A stretch of DNA of 64,000 nucleotides from a virus (lineage: Duplodnaviria; Caudoviricetes): positions 14,512 through 78,511 of IMG/VR virus record IMGVR_UViG_3300048598_000163; one strand, 5' to 3'. The position numbers and the translations under genes are program-made. Below, piece by piece: positions 35,994 through 46,200 of the stretch. Numbering within the stretch: the stretch's first letter is position 1; each line of letters starts with the position of its first letter. Under the pieces are notes generated by a model, which saw nothing but the letters and a program-made list of their open reading frames with translations, was not told the DNA's origin and made no database searches.

Positions 35994-37651
35994 TGCACCG
36001 CCTTCAGCATTTCGTCGTTTTCCTGGAAAAATCGGTCAATGAGCGGCTGAACCTTTTCGGCAAACACTGCTTGACGAGGATGATTGCCGGCGCTGTTCCA
36101 TTCCTTCTGGTACTCTTCTACCGTATCGGTCTTCGTCGCGAAATACTGCTCAAGAGCCCGCGCAAAGCACTCGCACGTCCTGTTCTGGTAGTCGCTCTTC
36201 TGTGGCCGATCCATGTTTTCACGGAATGACCGGGCAATGCTTCCAGGCAAGGACGCCCAATCATCGGAGGCATAGGTATGCCGATCGCCGATCGAGCCGA
36301 GGTAGTTATCCATGAAATGAGCCCATTCATGGGCAAGCGTGAAGCCAAAACCCTTGTCGCCGTATTTCGCCGTAACGCCTATCGCGTGATAGTACGGAAA
36401 ATAAATACCGCTTGCGTTCCGCGCGTGCTGCAGGACCTTCCCGGAATGGCTTATTTTCAGGCCGAATTTCCGGGCCATGCTCGACCGGTTCCCATAAATA
36501 TCATAGAGCGTGTCGAGCGCTTCCTTGATCTGGTTCACTTCCGGTACAGATATTGGATCGCCATTCTGCCGTTTAACCAACACGCCGTATTCATCGAATA
36601 GGTCTTTTCGGGTTCCCTTGTCGCCGTAGGCGGTAGACCGGCCCTTCCCATGCGTTGATATATCCTCTTCCATCTGGATGTTCAGGTCTGCCAGCTTTTG
36701 TTTCATATCAGCAATCGCATCCCTTACAGGGATCCAGCTCGCCCCTTTCGAAAATCGCTCACTTGAGGCGTTCAGGACGGCGTGCGTGGCTTTATTTTCC
36801 GACAACATGCGGATTGACGGCTTCCGGACGCGGCGCCCGGGGTTTCTTTCAACCAGATCGTCATAGGCTTTCTGTGCTCTCGCCTTCGCACGCTTCATAT
36901 AATAATCCTGCATGACTGCAAGCAAGTCGGCATTTACCCGATACGAATCACCGACTCTGGCAAGCACGATGTAGTCGTTCTCTTTTACCTTCAGAGCCTC
37001 TATCCGGTTTCCCGCGGAGGAGAACGATTCGTCTGACAGGCGCGGCATCCATTCAGGCCTTTCTCTCTCCATTATTCCTTTTGCGGGAATGAGTCCGATC
37101 TTCAGCGGAACAACGTCGCGATAGTCCATGTAGGCATGGCCGCTCTCTTTGAGATAGGCGGGTTTGAATTCGTATTTCTCCGGTGGCGCCTCGACCATAT
37201 CAGCGCCGAAAATAGCCGCCTGTGCCGCCGGTCTGGTTTCTGCGGTAACTCCGTTTATTATGTCGGCTATTTTTTCGGGCTTGGTCTCCGGAAGAATCAT
37301 GGTGATCTGTTCGGGTGCCACGGTATTCATCATCTGCCCGGAAAGAATCTTGTATTCCCCGCGCATGAAGTATCTCACCTCGCCCGATAGCTCGACGCCG
37401 TGCTTGTCCTTGTATTGAACACGCGTCCCGTTCCCTACGTTCTCGAGAACCTTCTCGCGCCAATCGTGTTCCGCCTCGGCGAAAAGATCGAATTGGACAT
37501 CGCTGACCGGATCTTCGGTTTTAGCCTGTACGGGAAGTACCCATACAGTGGTCTGATATGCCTTTCCGTCTCGCGTTACTGTAATGAGTTTTGGCACAAG
37601 CCGTGGGTTTTTTCGCTGTGCTTTCTCAAGCACCGGCAGGATAAAGTACAT
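35987..37651 (-). CDS. Tagged protein with LPD1-like zincin domain
   Basis: TLAHEWAHFMDNYL (HExxH) and ECFARALEQY; N-terminal tag. Confidence 0.75.
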   Translation of the reverse strand: MYFILPVLEKAQRKNPRLVPKLITVTRDGKAYQTTVWVLPVQAKTEDPVSDVQFDLFAEAEHDWREKVLENVGNGTRVQYKDKHGVELSGEVRYFMRGEYKILSGQMMNTVAPEQITMILPETKPEKIADIINGVTAETRPAAQAAIFGADMVEAPPEKYEFKPAYLKESGHAYMDYRDVVPLKIGLIPAKGIMERERPEWMPRLSDESFSSAGNRIEALKVKENDYIVLARVGDSYRVNADLLAVMQDYYMKRAKARAQKAYDDLVERNPGRRVRKPSIRMLSENKATHAVLNASSERFSKGASWIPVRDAIADMKQKLADLNIQMEEDISTHGKGRSTAYGDKGTRKDLFDEYGVLVKRQNGDPISVPEVNQIKEALDTLYDIYGNRSSMARKFGLKISHSGKVLQHARNASGIYFPYYHAIGVTAKYGDKGFGFTLAHEWAHFMDNYLGSIGDRHTYASDDWASLPGSIARSFRENMDRPQKSDYQNRTCECFARALEQYFATKTDTVEEYQKEWNSAGNHPRQAVFAEKVQPLIDRFFQENDEMLKAVQW

Positions 37652-37694
37652 GGCACCGCCTTTATCTGATTGGATTTTTGGCTTTTGAATTGTT

Positions 37695-37704
37695 GGTATT
37701 ATAC
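37695..37704 (-). promoter_or_regulatory. Possible -10 element upstream of the 554-aa gene
   Basis: GTATAATACC, identical to the 10-mer in the late promoter at 53660-53669; -35 poor. Confidence 0.4.
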
Positions 37705-37735
37705 ACCTCGGCGCGCTGATGCGCTACCGGGCAAT

Positions 37736-37759
37736 AAAAAAGGGCCCCGACGGGCCCTT
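37736..37759 (-). terminator. Intrinsic terminator after the Zeta-like gene and its small partner
   Basis: Minus strand AAGGGCCC-GTCG-GGGCCC-T6. Confidence 0.75.
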
Positions 37760-37763
37760 GTGG

Positions 37764-37940
37764 TTACTTGGTTTCTTCCTGCTGATCAGGTTTCTTGGTC
37801 TTTGATCCTTCAGAGGTCTTTTTCTCCTGCGCCTTATCGTACAGATCATTAAAAAAGGCCTGTTCATCTTTAGGAAGATTCTCAAACCGGTTGTCGGTAT
37901 CAGCGCAGTCATAATCGGGGTCTACCTTCAGAATATCCAT
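37764..37940 (-). CDS. 58-aa acidic protein missing from the ORF track (candidate antitoxin)
   Basis: MDILKVDPDYDCADTDNRFENLPKDEQAFFNDLYDKAQEKK..EETK; TAGGAG RBS; directly downstream of the Zeta-like gene and followed by a terminator. Confidence 0.65.
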   Translation of the reverse strand: MDILKVDPDYDCADTDNRFENLPKDEQAFFNDLYDKAQEKKTSEGSKTKKPDQQEETK

Positions 37941-37981
37941 ATCACGCTCCTATTAGAATATATATCCATACGTTCGCTTTA

Positions 37982-39880
37982 TCAAGTGTTGTATTCGGAA
38001 ATAAGTTTCGGCTCTTCACCTTTGGCAACATTATTATCCCTGAAACTCCATGCGTCCGCGTGCTTTTTTACAGCCTCGAACGTCGCCTCGTTTCCAATAT
38101 TTTCCAGAACGACCTTTACCGGAACGTACCGCTTCGTTTTTCCCATGAAACGAGATATTGCGCGCTTCGCCGCTTCCTGGCGCGGTAGGTGCATATAGTG
38201 GGCTTCGATCCTATACCCTGACTTTTTGAACCGTTCCACTTTCTTCAACGCAGACGCTTCAGTCTTCATGGTTGCATCCAGAACAACATTAAGCCCCTTG
38301 TTGAGCGCAAATGAAAGGATTTTCTCCAGGATGTCGCTCGACTCCTCGTGCACCTGGGAAGCATTGAATCCCTCATATTCTGGAAGCATTGCCTTTATCT
38401 CATCAGCATCGAGTACGATCGCTTTCTCTGGATCGTATACCTTTCCCTTGAACCATGATTTTCCAGACCCGCCGCGACCGCCAAGCATGGTGAAGGTTGG
38501 GCGTTTACCCTCTTCCGGTTTAGCGGAAGCGATACGCTCTGGGGAAAGTATTTCGCTGAATATTTTCTGATGGATTTTCTTTCTTTCGTCGTCGTATATA
38601 GCGTCTGACCCCTCCCCTGTAATGCGGTGCGTGGCAATGGTTTGCTCGAGTCGTTTCAATCGTACCTGCGTTACTTCAATCGCCTTCTTTATCTCGCCAG
38701 CATCGTCACCGAAACTACCGATAATACTTTCCGGCGTGGCATCCGGTTCGTCCCACTCCTTTTTCCATTCGTCCGCGTTGAACTTCTCGGGTTCGATAAA
38801 GTCTTTCCCGTCTCCCTGCTGCTCGTCGGTATCGGCACCGCCCGGGCGCTTTCCGCCGCCGGACGCCCCCGCTTCAAGCCGTTTCGCGCCGTCGGCGCCC
38901 CTGAATCCGGTAATATCCTTCCAAGGGACCGGGAATTTATCGCCGGCGGCGTCCTTTACGACTACCCCGTCGTCACATCCGTCGTCAATGACAGTTCCCA
39001 TCATCGATTTGCCTCGGAAGGAGAAGGCTACCTGGTCGCCGTTCTGTATATTGTGCATACCGTAACCGGCCGCCGCGCCCCGCGTGTCTTCCGGGTCTTT
39101 TGTGCCTGCTCCCGGCATTGATCCGCCGGCCTCGTCTGGCCGAACCCATTTATTCTGCTTGAAAGTGCGCCCGCCGCGGTTAACATCTACCTGTTTACGG
39201 ACAAGACGGCCGGTGTTGAGAGACTTTTGCATGGAATCCGTAATCCCAATACCGAGTGCTTTCCCCTGGACCGATTTCGATATCCCGAGGGCAAGCTTAA
39301 CCTGTTTCATGTCGGTTTTTTTCTGAAGGTCTACGTTCTCGAATACAGACACAATGCGCAGCTTACCGTCACGCATACCCACTCCGACATTGAGCGACTG
39401 TTGCCAGTCGCCTCCTACCGCGAAATAAACTACGTCCTTTCCGAGCCTGATGATATCGCAATTCTCAAGATCGACCCCTTTCGGGAATCCATCAAGGGCC
39501 TTCAGCTTATAGCCGTTTCTTCCGGAGTACAGCCGGCCTTCATTGTCGCCAAATACTTTTTTGAACGCATCGTAGAATTTCTGGTCGATGTCGGCCGGGA
39601 CCGATTTACGCAGGCCGAGCTTTTTCACCTCGGCGCGCGCGGCCGGTTCATCAATAAGCCCGGCGTGATTCAGTTTTTCGTAGTATTTTGGGTCTTCCTG
39701 AAGGTGGTCTCGGGCGATATGCGCCGCAACGTCCACGTCTTTGGTATGCTCCATTTCCACCTTGATCCCGACGGAAAGCTCTTCCGGATATCGCCGCTCA
39801 ATGAGCTTGTCCAACCGGGTTTTTCCGCGTTTCAATCCGTTATCATCGGAATCGACGCTCTTCCACATTCGTAATTCCAT
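37982..39880 (-). CDS. Multidomain protein: DUF5661-like + internal tag + SH3-like + Zeta-toxin-family P-loop kinase
   Basis: VGIKVEMEHT..IARDHLQEDPKYY; LGGRGGSGKS, LDADEIK, HEESS, NVVLDAT. Confidence 0.85.
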   Translation of the reverse strand: MELRMWKSVDSDDNGLKRGKTRLDKLIERRYPEELSVGIKVEMEHTKDVDVAAHIARDHLQEDPKYYEKLNHAGLIDEPAARAEVKKLGLRKSVPADIDQKFYDAFKKVFGDNEGRLYSGRNGYKLKALDGFPKGVDLENCDIIRLGKDVVYFAVGGDWQQSLNVGVGMRDGKLRIVSVFENVDLQKKTDMKQVKLALGISKSVQGKALGIGITDSMQKSLNTGRLVRKQVDVNRGGRTFKQNKWVRPDEAGGSMPGAGTKDPEDTRGAAAGYGMHNIQNGDQVAFSFRGKSMMGTVIDDGCDDGVVVKDAAGDKFPVPWKDITGFRGADGAKRLEAGASGGGKRPGGADTDEQQGDGKDFIEPEKFNADEWKKEWDEPDATPESIIGSFGDDAGEIKKAIEVTQVRLKRLEQTIATHRITGEGSDAIYDDERKKIHQKIFSEILSPERIASAKPEEGKRPTFTMLGGRGGSGKSWFKGKVYDPEKAIVLDADEIKAMLPEYEGFNASQVHEESSDILEKILSFALNKGLNVVLDATMKTEASALKKVERFKKSGYRIEAHYMHLPRQEAAKRAISRFMGKTKRYVPVKVVLENIGNEATFEAVKKHADAWSFRDNNVAKGEEPKLISEYNT

Positions 39881-39894
39881 ACGCCCTCCCTTTT

Positions 39895-40281
39895 TTACAT
39901 ACCCGCGTTCTCGTCGAACAGGGTGTAGTCGTGATCAACTCCATCGTTATCGGTCCATTCGTGGTCGCTCGTGTGCGTCATCTGCCCCGAATGGTAATAC
40001 GCCCCGGCAAGAACGGAGCGGAAAAGATCACCATGCCAGGCATTTTCCCTCATCCACTCGTCGAAGTATGAACCCGCGAACCAGTCGCCGGGCTTTGCCG
40101 CGTATTTCTGAAGGGCTTCTTTCACAGCCCACCAGTAAACACCGAAGGTTTTATACAGGATAGGGTTGTCGCGGAGCAGCGGAGCGACAGCTTCGGCGTA
40201 TTTACTCAAATAGGCCTCGCCGCCTTCGGTTTCGAGATTTTCCACAAGGCCGTCGACAAATTCGTTATCGTAGTATCCCAT
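39895..40281 (-). CDS. Acidic/aromatic 128-aa protein (candidate immunity protein)
   Basis: YKTFGVYWWAVKEAL; TAGGAG RBS; between the DarB-like and Zeta-like genes. Confidence 0.65.
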   Translation of the reverse strand: MGYYDNEFVDGLVENLETEGGEAYLSKYAEAVAPLLRDNPILYKTFGVYWWAVKEALQKYAAKPGDWFAGSYFDEWMRENAWHGDLFRSVLAGAYYHSGQMTHTSDHEWTDNDGVDHDYTLFDENAGM

Positions 40282-43200
40282 ATTTCACGCTCCTATTGAC
40301 CATTATACCTATCTTCGGCACGCGGAAGCCATCGTATATGGATTTTTCCATCTTTTTCTTGCGATAAACCAACTCGTGGCTTCCGTGGGGGCCTACAGGT
40401 TCATGTTCAACCTCATAATCTGGATTATCCTCGATCTTGTGTTTCAGATCATATTCAGATAGCGATTCTCCCGTAGCCTTGTTTACTTCCCCAAGGATGG
40501 TCGATATCACCTTCCAGCTATTCGAGGCGTGAGCATCAACAACGCCAGACCCCTTCCAGGCACGGTATTCCTTCCGGCTGAAGTCCTGTATATGCCGAGT
40601 GGCGCCAGAATCGATATTCACGGGATCCTCGTCCTTGTGCCCGTACAGGTACGGCATCTTGTCCTTTTTCGCCATGGCCTCGTCGATTTCCTTGCGCTGC
40701 GCGGGATCGTATGGATTCAGGACCACCGTCTCCTTGGATATTCCGTTACCGTATGAGTTCTTTGCCTCGATCTTTACCGATCCATCAGGTTCCTTTACGA
40801 AATACGTTCCGGTGGCGGCCGCCTCGATGTACTTGCGATAATTATCCCGCTTAAAGTCACCGTCTTGCGCGACGAAGGAATCGGGCTTGTAGATCGCTGC
40901 CTGCTTCTCGATATCTGATGCAGTGGGCTTCTTCAGGTACGTCATGCCCTGCGTTCCGGTAGGAAAGTCTTTCCCTACGGTCCACTCGAGCATCTTCTCC
41001 TTGTGTGAATAATGATTCTCGAAGGAGTGGATAATCTCGAACGCGATTTCATTATTCTTGTGGTTTATCGCCCTGATCTTATACACGCCAAACCGATTAC
41101 AGAACACGTCGCCGGGCTGGTATACCTTCCGGTTCACCTTATCGTATATGAAGTCGGGATTTTTCGCGGAGATAATGTCGAGGTTCTTGAATTCCGGATT
41201 CGCCCGAAGGGATTCTTCGATGTTCTGGATCTTCCGGACACGATTCTGGTACTGGATCGTACCCTTGTCACCAGAATAACTCTTCACGGCACCGCGCATC
41301 ATGCTCAACGAAGCAAGAAGGTCGTGGACCTTGTTCTGATTCGTCTCCTTGATTGCCCCTTCCTTCTTCCGGTTCATCTCCGCGCGACGCTCGTTTGCCT
41401 TATCCTTGTCGCCCCATTCCTCGGTAAGCGCGAGCATGAGCTCGTCCGGATCGACATAGGAATCATCGTTCGGGTTTACGAACACGTTCGACTTGGTTTT
41501 CAGCAGCTGGTCGATCCAATTTGCCTTGCCCTGGACAAGCCCGACGCTGTAATTGTCGATCGTCCCGGCCGACATATACGTGTGCAAGGCTACCTGTCCC
41601 TGGGCATTTCCTTGTCGGTCGATACGGCCGTTTCTCTGGATGAAGTCCGACGGCCGGTAGGGGATGTCGAAATGGTGCAGCGCGGCGCTGTTCTTCTGCA
41701 GGTTGACGCCTTCGCCCATGGTCTGCGTCGTTCCGACAATAACCTTGTATTTCCCCTTGTTGTAGCCATCTATGGCCGCGGAGACCTCCCGGCCAACCGC
41801 CTCGTCCGACTTCTTTCCGCCGGCCTTGGTGACACCGTTCACCACGATAATGTCGGATTCCTTGAAGCCTTGGGCAATCAGCGACTTCTTGATCTTGTCG
41901 TGGAGATTGAAGGTCCCGTCGCCGGATACAACGCGATCGCAGAAAATCACCTGTCCGCCGCCGGTGGCGTTGTAGCTGTCGGCCGCGTTCCTGACGAGGG
42001 TTTCCAGCTTTTCGTTACGCCAGCCTTTGAACCGGACGGGATCGTACAGTTCGAGATCAAGGGAGGCCGTTCGCATCCGGGAATAGAAGGTCAGGTAGTT
42101 TTGGTGACTTTCCGCCCTGTCTTCCTTGCTCATGTTCTTGAACTTTTCCAGTTCCTCGGACAGGCTCTTCAGCTCGGCCGTCTGATCCGCCTGCATGGGT
42201 ATCACGTTCGGGTGATTGTCGGCTTTCGGTTTCTTCAGGCCGATCTTTGTCGGGTCGTTCTGAAGGTCGGTATACTTAAAAAACATATCCTGAAGGGTTC
42301 GGAGGTTCTTGAAGCCCTTGAGGACGTTACCTTCCTTTACCGATCCCGTAGACCAGTCGCACTTCTGCTCAACGCGTATATCCGCGAAGTTCTTGATAAA
42401 CCCGTCGATATTCTTGATGCCCAGCTTCGTGAGCTCCTCGGGGGCTACGTGCATGAGCATATTGTAATATTCAAGCGGCGAATTCGTGAGCGGCGTCGCC
42501 GTAAGGAAAAACACGTTCTTCCCGTCGTGGTTCCGCCTGATATACTCGTTTTTCTTGAACAGCGACATTGCGCGCTCTGACCGGCGCCCGTCGTTCAGGC
42601 CGGTTTCCCGGGAGAGTGACGAGGTGAACAGGTTCTTGTTCCGGTGTGCCTCATCCACGAAAATCGCGTCGACGCCCAGATCCTCGAAGTTGATGGTCTG
42701 GTTCGTCTTCCCGTTCTCGAGTTTCTTTTTCGCGCTTTCCTTTGCCGTTTCGTTCTTGCGCGCGGACTTCCCGGCGGTCTTTTCCATGGTCTGTTCCGCG
42801 ACGATCGAGCTGGTTATCGCCTCATCGTTCTCGGGGCGCAGCTGGATTTCCGATGCCGATGTTTCAGGTAGAATGATAACGTCATAGTCGCCATTGGCTA
42901 GATCCTGGTACATTTTGTACCGCTTCACCTGATTGCCGTATCCTTCGGTTTCCGGGTCCATGGCGCCGACTTTCAGCCCGGGCATGGCCTTCCCGATGTA
43001 CTTTACCCAATCCTTGACCTTATTGTTCGGCACTTGTAGCATCGGCCGCTTGATAAGCCCTTCCTGTCGAAGGAGGGCCATGAGCGCGATACCGGCATAC
43101 GTCTTTCCGAATCCGGTACCAAGGGCAGAGATACCCTTTCCGTTACGATAAAGGTGATGAATCGTCTGCCATTGCCACGGCTGAATGACAATATCCGGGT

Positions 43201-46200
43201 TCCATCCGTCTATCTTGATGGAATAGGTTTTCGTCGGCGCGCCGATCTCGCCGTTGAACATTTTGTTGTACAGGGTTTCAAGCTGCGCGCGAACGTCCGG
43301 CGTGGTCGCCACCCAATTTTTGAAGCTGTCATCGGCGCGCTGGTTGTACGCTGCGGTATCAATGCGCTGCGAGCGCTGTTTCTGCGAATTCAGGTAGTAG
43401 ACGGTCTCGTCGGCCTCTTCGTGCCAGTCCCCGTTCTCTCCGTCCCGGATGCCCCATTTCCCTTCTTCATTGCGACAGAAGAACTTTTCCGGGGTCTTAT
43501 AACGATAGAATCCGTTCCCACCAGTTCCCGGCCCGAATACATACCCGCGGCCGAGCCCATCATCGTCCTTTACCCACTTATCGATGATTTCTTCGGGAAT
43601 CCATGAGGATTGTGGCATATAATCGGCATCCTCAATCGGCACCCAGCCGGCGGCTTTTTCAAGCTCCGCGATACCGTGCTTCCATTTCGCGACCTCATCG
43701 TCCCATTGATGCCCACTCCGGGCACTAATCGCCTCCTGGAGCGCGTCGATTTTCTCCCATGCGTTGCCCGCTATAAAGTCCTCTCGAAGCTGGTAAACTC
43801 CTTCCGTGGTAAGGAATACGTCCAGGTTCGCTTTCATCTCCGCGAGGAGATCATCGATCCCGTTTGGAAAATACTGCGTTAATGATTCAGGCGTCGCGTC
43901 GATATGGTTGCGGCCGAGGGTCATCAGGGCGGTTATCGCCGGGTTGTGACCGTCCACAATGTCGATTTCCTTGTGGTAGATGTTCTGCATGGTGAGAACG
44001 TTATCGTCGATCTTCACGAGGCCTTCATAGACGCCCGCCAACGAGCGATTGGCGTTCAGGACGCGCTTTATATCCTTGTCGTCGTCAGGCGCGCTTCCGT
44101 AGGATTCCGTATAGAGCTGGATGAGCTCGCGGGTATTCGCCTGCAGATCGTCAACCGGTTCACCGTTTTGCATGGCGTCGCGTATCTGCTTCACCTTTGC
44201 GGCTATCGCTTTTACCTTCTCAACCTTTTCGGCGGCCTCTTCGTTCGACCCTATGACGCGCTCCCATCGATGGTTCGTGTTGAGCCGATACAGTTTCCCG
44301 TAGATGCTCTTGGTCATTCCGGGCGTCAGAGACTTTGCGGCAACCGCCTCAGCCTCTTCAGGGGTAAGAAGCGCGGTATCCTTCGATTCCTTCTTCGGCG
44401 CGGCGTCGGTCGTCATCGATCGCAACGTCTCGAGCTGCTGGATGCCGGCATCGGGTTCCGGGGTGAAGGTCGAAACCGCGTCGTCCATTCCCGAAAGGGT
44501 AAGATCCCCTGAAATAACGTCGCGGCCCCAGTTGCCGGCCCCTTCCTGCTTCTCGCCGAGGATATGCGCGGGCTTCGCGTCGTAATAGGATCCTTCGACC
44601 CAGCCTTCATTCCAGAATCCCGCTGCCTTCAGCCCGTCTTCATCGAGCTGTGCAAGCCTGTTCGCCACTTCGTCGGGGTATTTCCGGAAGAATAGAATAT
44701 CAGGCTGCACCTGTGTCTGGGTATGCTTGAACGATTTGTCCGGCAGGCGGACGGCGCCCATGAACTGCCCTTTCTTGAGCATATCGGCGCGCCAGTCGCG
44801 GTTTCCCTTCGCGTCCATGACCCCAGGATGCACGATCATGCCCATGGTTCCGCCCGCATTGAGCTTGTCCATGGACCGTGAGAGGAAATACCGGTCAAGG
44901 CTCTTTTCCTCGGGCATATCCATGAACGACGTGGCTATGGTGCGATCGCCAAACGGGGCGTTTCCGACTACATGATCGAATTTGCGGTCGTTCGTAAGAT
45001 TGAATTGCTCGAAGCTTCCGGTGGCGATGTCCGCCTCTCCCTGGAGAATAGAAGCGGCGGCGGCCGTGCGCGTATCGAGTTCAACGCCCTGCAACGACAT
45101 ATCGGAAGGCGCAACGTCAAAGAATACGCCGGTACCGCACGACGGCTCAAGGGCAGCCCCTCCGAGCTTGATAGGGGCAACCTTGGCGAGCATCTGCCAG
45201 GTCATCTTTGCTACAGGCGGAGAGGTATAGAAGTCATAGAGCACGCCGCGTTCATCGTCGGCCTGAATACCGCCGAATCCCGAGTATTTCCGGATTTTCT
45301 CCCGGTCTTCATCGGTCAGCTCATTGCGCGGCTTCAGGAGTAGGCCGGCAACTTCCTTGTTGAGCTCCGCGCGGGCCTTTGGATTAAGTCCTTTCCCGCT
45401 CGCCGCCCATGACCCGTAATCACGGAAAGGCGTATCGACAATCGACCGGCCGAGATCATGAATACCATCGACCGATTCGATAGAGCTCGATACCTCTTCC
45501 TTCCCGTTCCAGGTGAGCCCGGTCTCGAAAACCAATTCATCCTTGAGCTTGAAATGCCAGGCATTCGCCATATCAGGAACACCGTCGGTTATCGGGACGG
45601 CCTCAATAACGCCGTCCTGGCTGTTCAATTCCATCCAGTGGTCGCCGTTCGCATCGGCTACGATTGTTCTCGGGTGCCGATTTTCGCCATCAGTGTCGTA
45701 TATCCGGTCCTGTTTCTTCGGCGTGTTGTATGCGGCCGGTTGCAGCTCTTTTGCCACCTCGCGGTCGATCGGGTCAGGCTTTCGGTCTTCCCCGAGTCGT
45801 TCATGGATGAGCTTCTCCATCATCGACTCTGTTCCGGCCTTTCCGTTTTCATGCGCCTCGTCCCGGGCGTCCATGATTTCGGTCATGGTGCTGTTTGCGT
45901 TTATCATGGCGGCCTTGGGCGGCTTGTACCCGGCTTTCCTTCCAGCGAATTCGATCGTGTCTGGCATGGTCGGCTTGAAGAGGTCTCCAACATTGTATGG
46001 CGTCGCCTCGGTCACTTTCGTGAGCTCAAACACTCCCTTTCCCGCGTAGATTCCGCGCCACGGCCCCGCGATACCCTCGTCGCCCGCGTATATCCCGCCT
46101 ACCACGTATTCGGTCAGATTCTGCTTTTTGCCTGTATTGGGCACAGAAACTATCCCGAGTTTTGGTGCAGACACTTGCCCTGTATGGGCGTTGACGGGCA

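Noticed and set aside
37724-37912. Track ORF of 62 aa
   Set aside because: No RBS and runs through the terminator; the 37764-37940 frame has a strong RBS and stops before the hairpin.
41012-42580. Long plus-strand ORF (522 aa), likewise 45458-46513 and 46870-47808
   Set aside because: Codon-in-register antisense shadows of the DarB-like and MuF genes; no recognisable domains.
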